41,108 nt of DNA from NCBI GenBank assembly GCA_051439425.1, contig JBFRWD010000004.1, positions 1 to 41,108 of the forward strand. Direction: 5' to 3'. The stretch comes from Synechococcus sp. (lineage in GTDB: Bacteria > Cyanobacteriota > Cyanobacteriia > Thermostichales > PCC-7336). Of this stretch, positions 37,805 to 41,108 are shown one piece after another; the stretch's first letter is position 1, and the number at the start of each line of letters is the position of its first letter. The translations under genes and the position numbers were made by a program. Under the pieces are notes generated by a model that searched no databases, was not told where the DNA came from, and was given only the letters and a program-made list of their open reading frames with translations.

Positions 37805-38607
37805 TTCAGCAAACAAGCATCTAGCCATCAACTCCCCTGCAGTTGACCTCAGCAGTACTAGGTAAATATTGTTTCCGGCTTGAGCATCGATAGAAAAATG
37901 GGCTGACCCTGTCCAGTTGAGGTCAGCCCTAGAAGTTGTTTTCTGCAAAGTGAATGAAAGGAACTGAGCTTTGTCAGAAGTACGTGCTTATTCAATACCC
38001 TCAAGATAACACTCGTAGACATATGTTTAGATAAATGTTCTGAATGGCTATCATAGATCAAAAGGTATGCAAGCTGTTAACTGCTTTATCAATAAACGCT
38101 GCCTATGGTGGCAGGAGACGGCACTAAGCATAAGCTCAGGCGTCAAGAAGATAGCTTCGCCGTTGTGCATCTAAGTGAAACCACGTACAAAAAATAATAA
38201 GCCCGCACACTGATGCACTTGCTACCCATCTAGGTTGTGTTGTCTCTATGATGAGTTGCGAGCAGTGCCACATTGGGGGGCCTGCAATAAGGCATCGTCG
38301 CGTACTAAAGAATAAATGCGTTCTGATTTAGCAAGCATTCTTCAGATTTGTCATTTCCTGCCACCTTTTGAATCGCTGGCTCATCGTTTCTCGATATTCA
38401 GCAGGAGAGAAGATGGGGCAACTTCAGCGCTCGCCAGCATCGCGACACGGGGCATTGGATTCGCCTTTAGGAAAAAATGGATTGTCACCATATTCGGATT
38501 AAGTATCTCCTTCTTGGCCCTCAGTCGGTAGCGAACTCCTCCCAGTGGGTCGCAGCTAACTTCTGCGATCGTGTCGCCGTCTATCCAATACTGCGTCGAA
38601 ACTAAAG

Positions 38608-38646
38608 ACAGACAACAGACATTACTCACAGACGCCTCAAATCCAG
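38608..38646 (+). repeat. Direct repeat copy B (AGACA-rich)
   Basis: ACAGACAACAGACATTACTCACAGACGCCTCAAATCCAG; see 36486-36528. Confidence 0.8.
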
Positions 38647-38782
38647 TAGTAAGTAGCCTGACCAAATTAAACGCAAGATAGCAATTTGACAGCCCTTACA
38701 AGGCCTCAGGCTCCTGCAATATTCATTTGGACGACCTACTTAGAAGCCTAATGTCATTGTTCACTGTTAGATTTTCATTAAT

Positions 38783-39598
38783 CTATTCATCAAGGTCTCT
38801 CGAATTCCGTAGTTGTTCTTGAAGGTCTAATATCGGCTGTTGGCTAACGTTGATGATAGTACCTCGCCCTCCTTTATCTAAATCGTAAATCAGCAATAAT
38901 ACCGATGAGAATATAATGGGAAGTAAAACCACTCCAAACAATGAATTAGAATTATTTATGCTGAACTCATAACCTAAAATAATCATAGCAAGAATAGTTA
39001 CAATATATAGTGTTCCCCACAGTCCTCTAGATAAGCGATATTGAAGTCCTTGATTATAACGACTGGTATGCAGATCGATGACTTCATTGACTGAACTAAC
39101 ATAAAGCGCAAACAACTCTGATTCTTGGTATGCGTTAGATGCATTTCCAACGAGTGACCACAGTTTTTCAAGAATAGTATTTGACTCTTCCATGAGTAGG
39201 TCTGTTGCCTCTGCTTCTGGAAGGCCTTGCTGCGTACTGTCCTGAATAATATCTTGTACTTGTGCTCTCACATCAACGTATTGCGTTAGTAGCTCCTTTG
39301 ACTCTGACCTAAAAGGCTCATCAAGAAAATCAGTTCTTAGTATGGCCGTTCCTATCGCGTTTGCTTCTTCTAACACTAATCCTTTACGGATGGAAAAACG
39401 TGAAGAAACTATTGAGAGGGTTATGGCTAGGATAAAACCCAGTAGAGCCAAAGTTGCACTGACAACGCTACCTAGAGACTGATTGCCAGCATCATTTTTT
39501 GCCTCTCGGATCCATTTCCCGACTACTAACCCTATTCCAATCGAAATTGAAATGGACATGACGCAGATTGCGAAGTAAAGGATTGAATGGATGAACAT
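38783..39598 (-). CDS. DUF4239 / bestrophin-like membrane protein (paralog)
   Basis: Motifs LLGFILAITLS, RFSIRKGLVLEEANAIGTAILR, SVNEVIDLH, GLQYR and VSQQP align by eye with 36998-37804. Confidence 0.8.
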   Translation of the reverse strand: MFIHSILYFAICVMSISISIGIGLVVGKWIREAKNDAGNQSLGSVVSATLALLGFILAITLSIVSSRFSIRKGLVLEEANAIGTAILRTDFLDEPFRSESKELLTQYVDVRAQVQDIIQDSTQQGLPEAEATDLLMEESNTILEKLWSLVGNASNAYQESELFALYVSSVNEVIDLHTSRYNQGLQYRLSRGLWGTLYIVTILAMIILGYEFSINNSNSLFGVVLLPIIFSSVLLLIYDLDKGGRGTIINVSQQPILDLQEQLRNSRDLDE

Positions 39599-40071
39599 GT
39601 ATATAGTCAGATTAACGGGCTCGAACTATATGATTTAATCACACATACTAATTGCAGACTGATTCCTTTCTCTGAAGAAGGAGTGGATGCATATTCAGAT
39701 TTTTTATACAGGATGAGTTTCATTTTCGTATCTTAAGCCTTCATCCCTTCAAGGCCTATCTTTAACCTGGAGGAAAGAGTCTATGTCGCGAAATAGACGT
39801 AATGTAGTGGCTAACAGACCCTTCGCGGTAGTGTTTCAAAGGTTTTTCAAAGCACTACCTGGAGTGTCATTAGTGGAATTTCTTGCACTGCGCGTAGCAT
39901 TTCAGAAAATCTTTGCAACAATACCCTGTTCTCCAATTCCTGCCGCACTTCTTCTCCGTAAGTGCTTCTCTCACAAGCAATCATTTATGGGGGACGGGCG
40001 TTTTACTACCAGTCCCATTACTACCTTTCTGAAGTCGGTGAACGCAGCTTCTCCCTGCAAGCTTTAGACAA

Positions 40072-40105
40072 AAAATGGCTGGCTCTGTTTAGGGCCAGCC
40101 ATTTT
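40072..40105 (-). terminator. Intrinsic terminator (potentially bidirectional)
   Basis: AAAATGGCTGGCTCT-GTTT-AGGGCCAGCCATTTT hairpin with T runs on both strands, downstream of the DUF4278-like pair. Confidence 0.75.
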
Positions 40106-40185
40106 ATCGAAGTGACACAACGACCAATTTGATCGTTATACAGACCGGAAGGCGGGATGCTGTCTGCCCGCAGAGCGACTACGGG

Positions 40186-40416
40186 CTAATCGCAAAGCCA
40201 GTTTCCCGTTGATAAGACGCTCGCCAGGACGGGGCTTGCAGTCAGACAAGCCTGGATTGACCTGACGACCCATGAATTGGGCTTGGTCGGTGGAGCTTTG
40301 ACGGGACTTTGAACGTTTGCTTTGCGGCCGAGAAAGGTTGCTTCGCGATCGGTTTCAACCACGTCGTTTACTTTCATGCACCAGGGGCGACCCAGAAAAT
40401 TAAGTTGAGAGTTCAT
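40186..40416 (-). CDS. Small DUF4278-like protein
   Basis: MNSQLNFLGRPW...VETDREATFLGRK resembles the upstream paralog; GAGG RBS before ATG 40416. Confidence 0.55.
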   Translation of the reverse strand: MNSQLNFLGRPWCMKVNDVVETDREATFLGRKANVQSPVKAPPTKPNSWVVRSIQACLTASPVLASVLSTGNWLCD

Positions 40417-40475
40417 TGTGCTGAGCCTCATCTCGATTACGTTATTGTCGTTGTCAGTCCGTCAAGTTTTGAAGG

Positions 40476-40703
40476 TTACGCAGGGACCAATCCATCGCTG
40501 TTGATGCCAACAGTCTGGGGAGCGATTGCCTTTGTAGTGCGGTGTCCGAAGAATTGAATGTCTGCAGGCAGAGAGACGTGAGGCTTCATGGGGCTGCTGA
40601 TATAAGCTTTGCGGCCCAAGAACATTGCTTGCTGTTTGGTCTCGACGGTTTCGAAGGATTGGGATTGGAAGGGAAGGCCGCGGTAGGTAGCTTGTAAGGT
40701 CAT
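40476..40703 (-). CDS. Small DUF4278-like protein
   Basis: MTLQATYRGLPF...AMFLGRK...IQFFG shows the repeated Y/F-x-G pattern of DUF4278; GGAG RBS. Confidence 0.65.
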   Translation of the reverse strand: MTLQATYRGLPFQSQSFETVETKQQAMFLGRKAYISSPMKPHVSLPADIQFFGHRTTKAIAPQTVGINSDGLVPA

Positions 40704-40842
40704 GATGTCTTTCTCCAGTAGCGTGTGGGCAGTGCCCTTTTCTTCGATGCACTTAGTATCCCGAAGCCGACCCGTTGATGAAATCCAGAAAGTTTCAGGT
40801 TTGTTCAGGAGAATGTTCAGGTCTTGACAGTGATGGTGAAAA

Positions 40843-40975
40843 TGTCAGAACTGAGATCTCAAACTAATACAGGGATGATGAGTAACCTTATTTCCTTTTT
40901 CTCTTGCCTCTCATTCAGCTAAGAATGCCGCTTCCAATTGCTGCACCTTCTGCTGAAACTGAGCCCGTTATCAGA
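40843..40975 (-). mobile_element. IS6-family right-end remnant
   Basis: Minus strand reads RAQFQQKVQQLEAAFLAE* (stop 40911-40913), like the IS6 C-terminus at ~10800. TGTCAGAACTGAGATCTCA (40843-40861) matches the reverse complement of the IS6 end at 12464-12482 at 18/19. Confidence 0.65.
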
Positions 40976-40984
40976 GTGCAAAGC

Positions 40985-41108
40985 CTGAGTACAGGACAAA
41001 AGCTTGAAAAGGAACAGAGGTGGGGGTTTCGTAGGATAACCACAACCAAACGAATCCCCCATGGACGAGGTTAACCTGCTCAGAGAGCGTCTGCGAGCCC
41101 ACTTTCCC
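40985..41108 (+). mobile_element. Left end and start of an IS4-family (IS10/ISAba1-like) transposase, runs off window
   Basis: End-like CTGAGTACAGGACAAAA at 40985; ATG 41061 reads MDEVNLLRERLRAHFP. Confidence 0.55.

Noticed and set aside
37858..38665. Short ORFs between the DUF4239-like genes
   Set aside because: No recognisable motifs, and they overlap on opposite strands; probably decayed mobile DNA.
39783..40067. 94-aa plus-strand ORF with GGAGG upstream
   Set aside because: No family recognised and the composition is not convincingly protein-like. It cannot be excluded but is not supportable.
36057..41108. Duplicated tRNA 3' end (attR) delimiting an intact island or prophage
   Set aside because: No copy of the tRNA 3' sequence was spotted by eye and there are no phage structural genes; it may lie outside the window.

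Overview
Chromosomal window from a cyanobacterium. This is inferred from frequent HIP1 octamers (GCGATCGC), cyanobacterial-type transposases and integrases, and DUF4278-like genes. It has three zones. (1) 1-17.3 kb is an accessory, IS-scarred segment. It holds IS701-, IS630-, IS5-, IS6- and IS1634-family remnants and MITEs, a WecB/TagA glycosyltransferase, acr3, a fasciclin / ECF sigma / RskA anti-sigma module, and a complete two-gene glucose-family phosphotransferase system (EIIA-HPr-EI fusion plus an EIICB carrying a second, Cys-less EIIB). (2) 17.3-34.4 kb is mostly housekeeping genes (dacB, dcyD-like, miaE, GNAT, ureD, ureG, carA, pyrE). It also has a stand-alone TIR-STAND NTPase-TPR (NLR-like) gene, a four-gene type IV minor pilin cluster and an SF2 helicase. 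(3) 34.4-41.1 kb is a decayed integration hotspot around tRNA-Arg(TCT), with two divergent integrase remnants, two convergent DUF4239/bestrophin-like paralogs, two DUF4278-like paralogs and more IS pieces. The most striking system is the intact, HIP1-marked sugar PTS, because PTS permeases are generally considered absent or very rare in cyanobacteria. The TIR-STAND-TPR protein is the second candidate. No CRISPR array, reverse transcriptase or rRNA was seen. All family assignments are from recalled motifs, not database searches.
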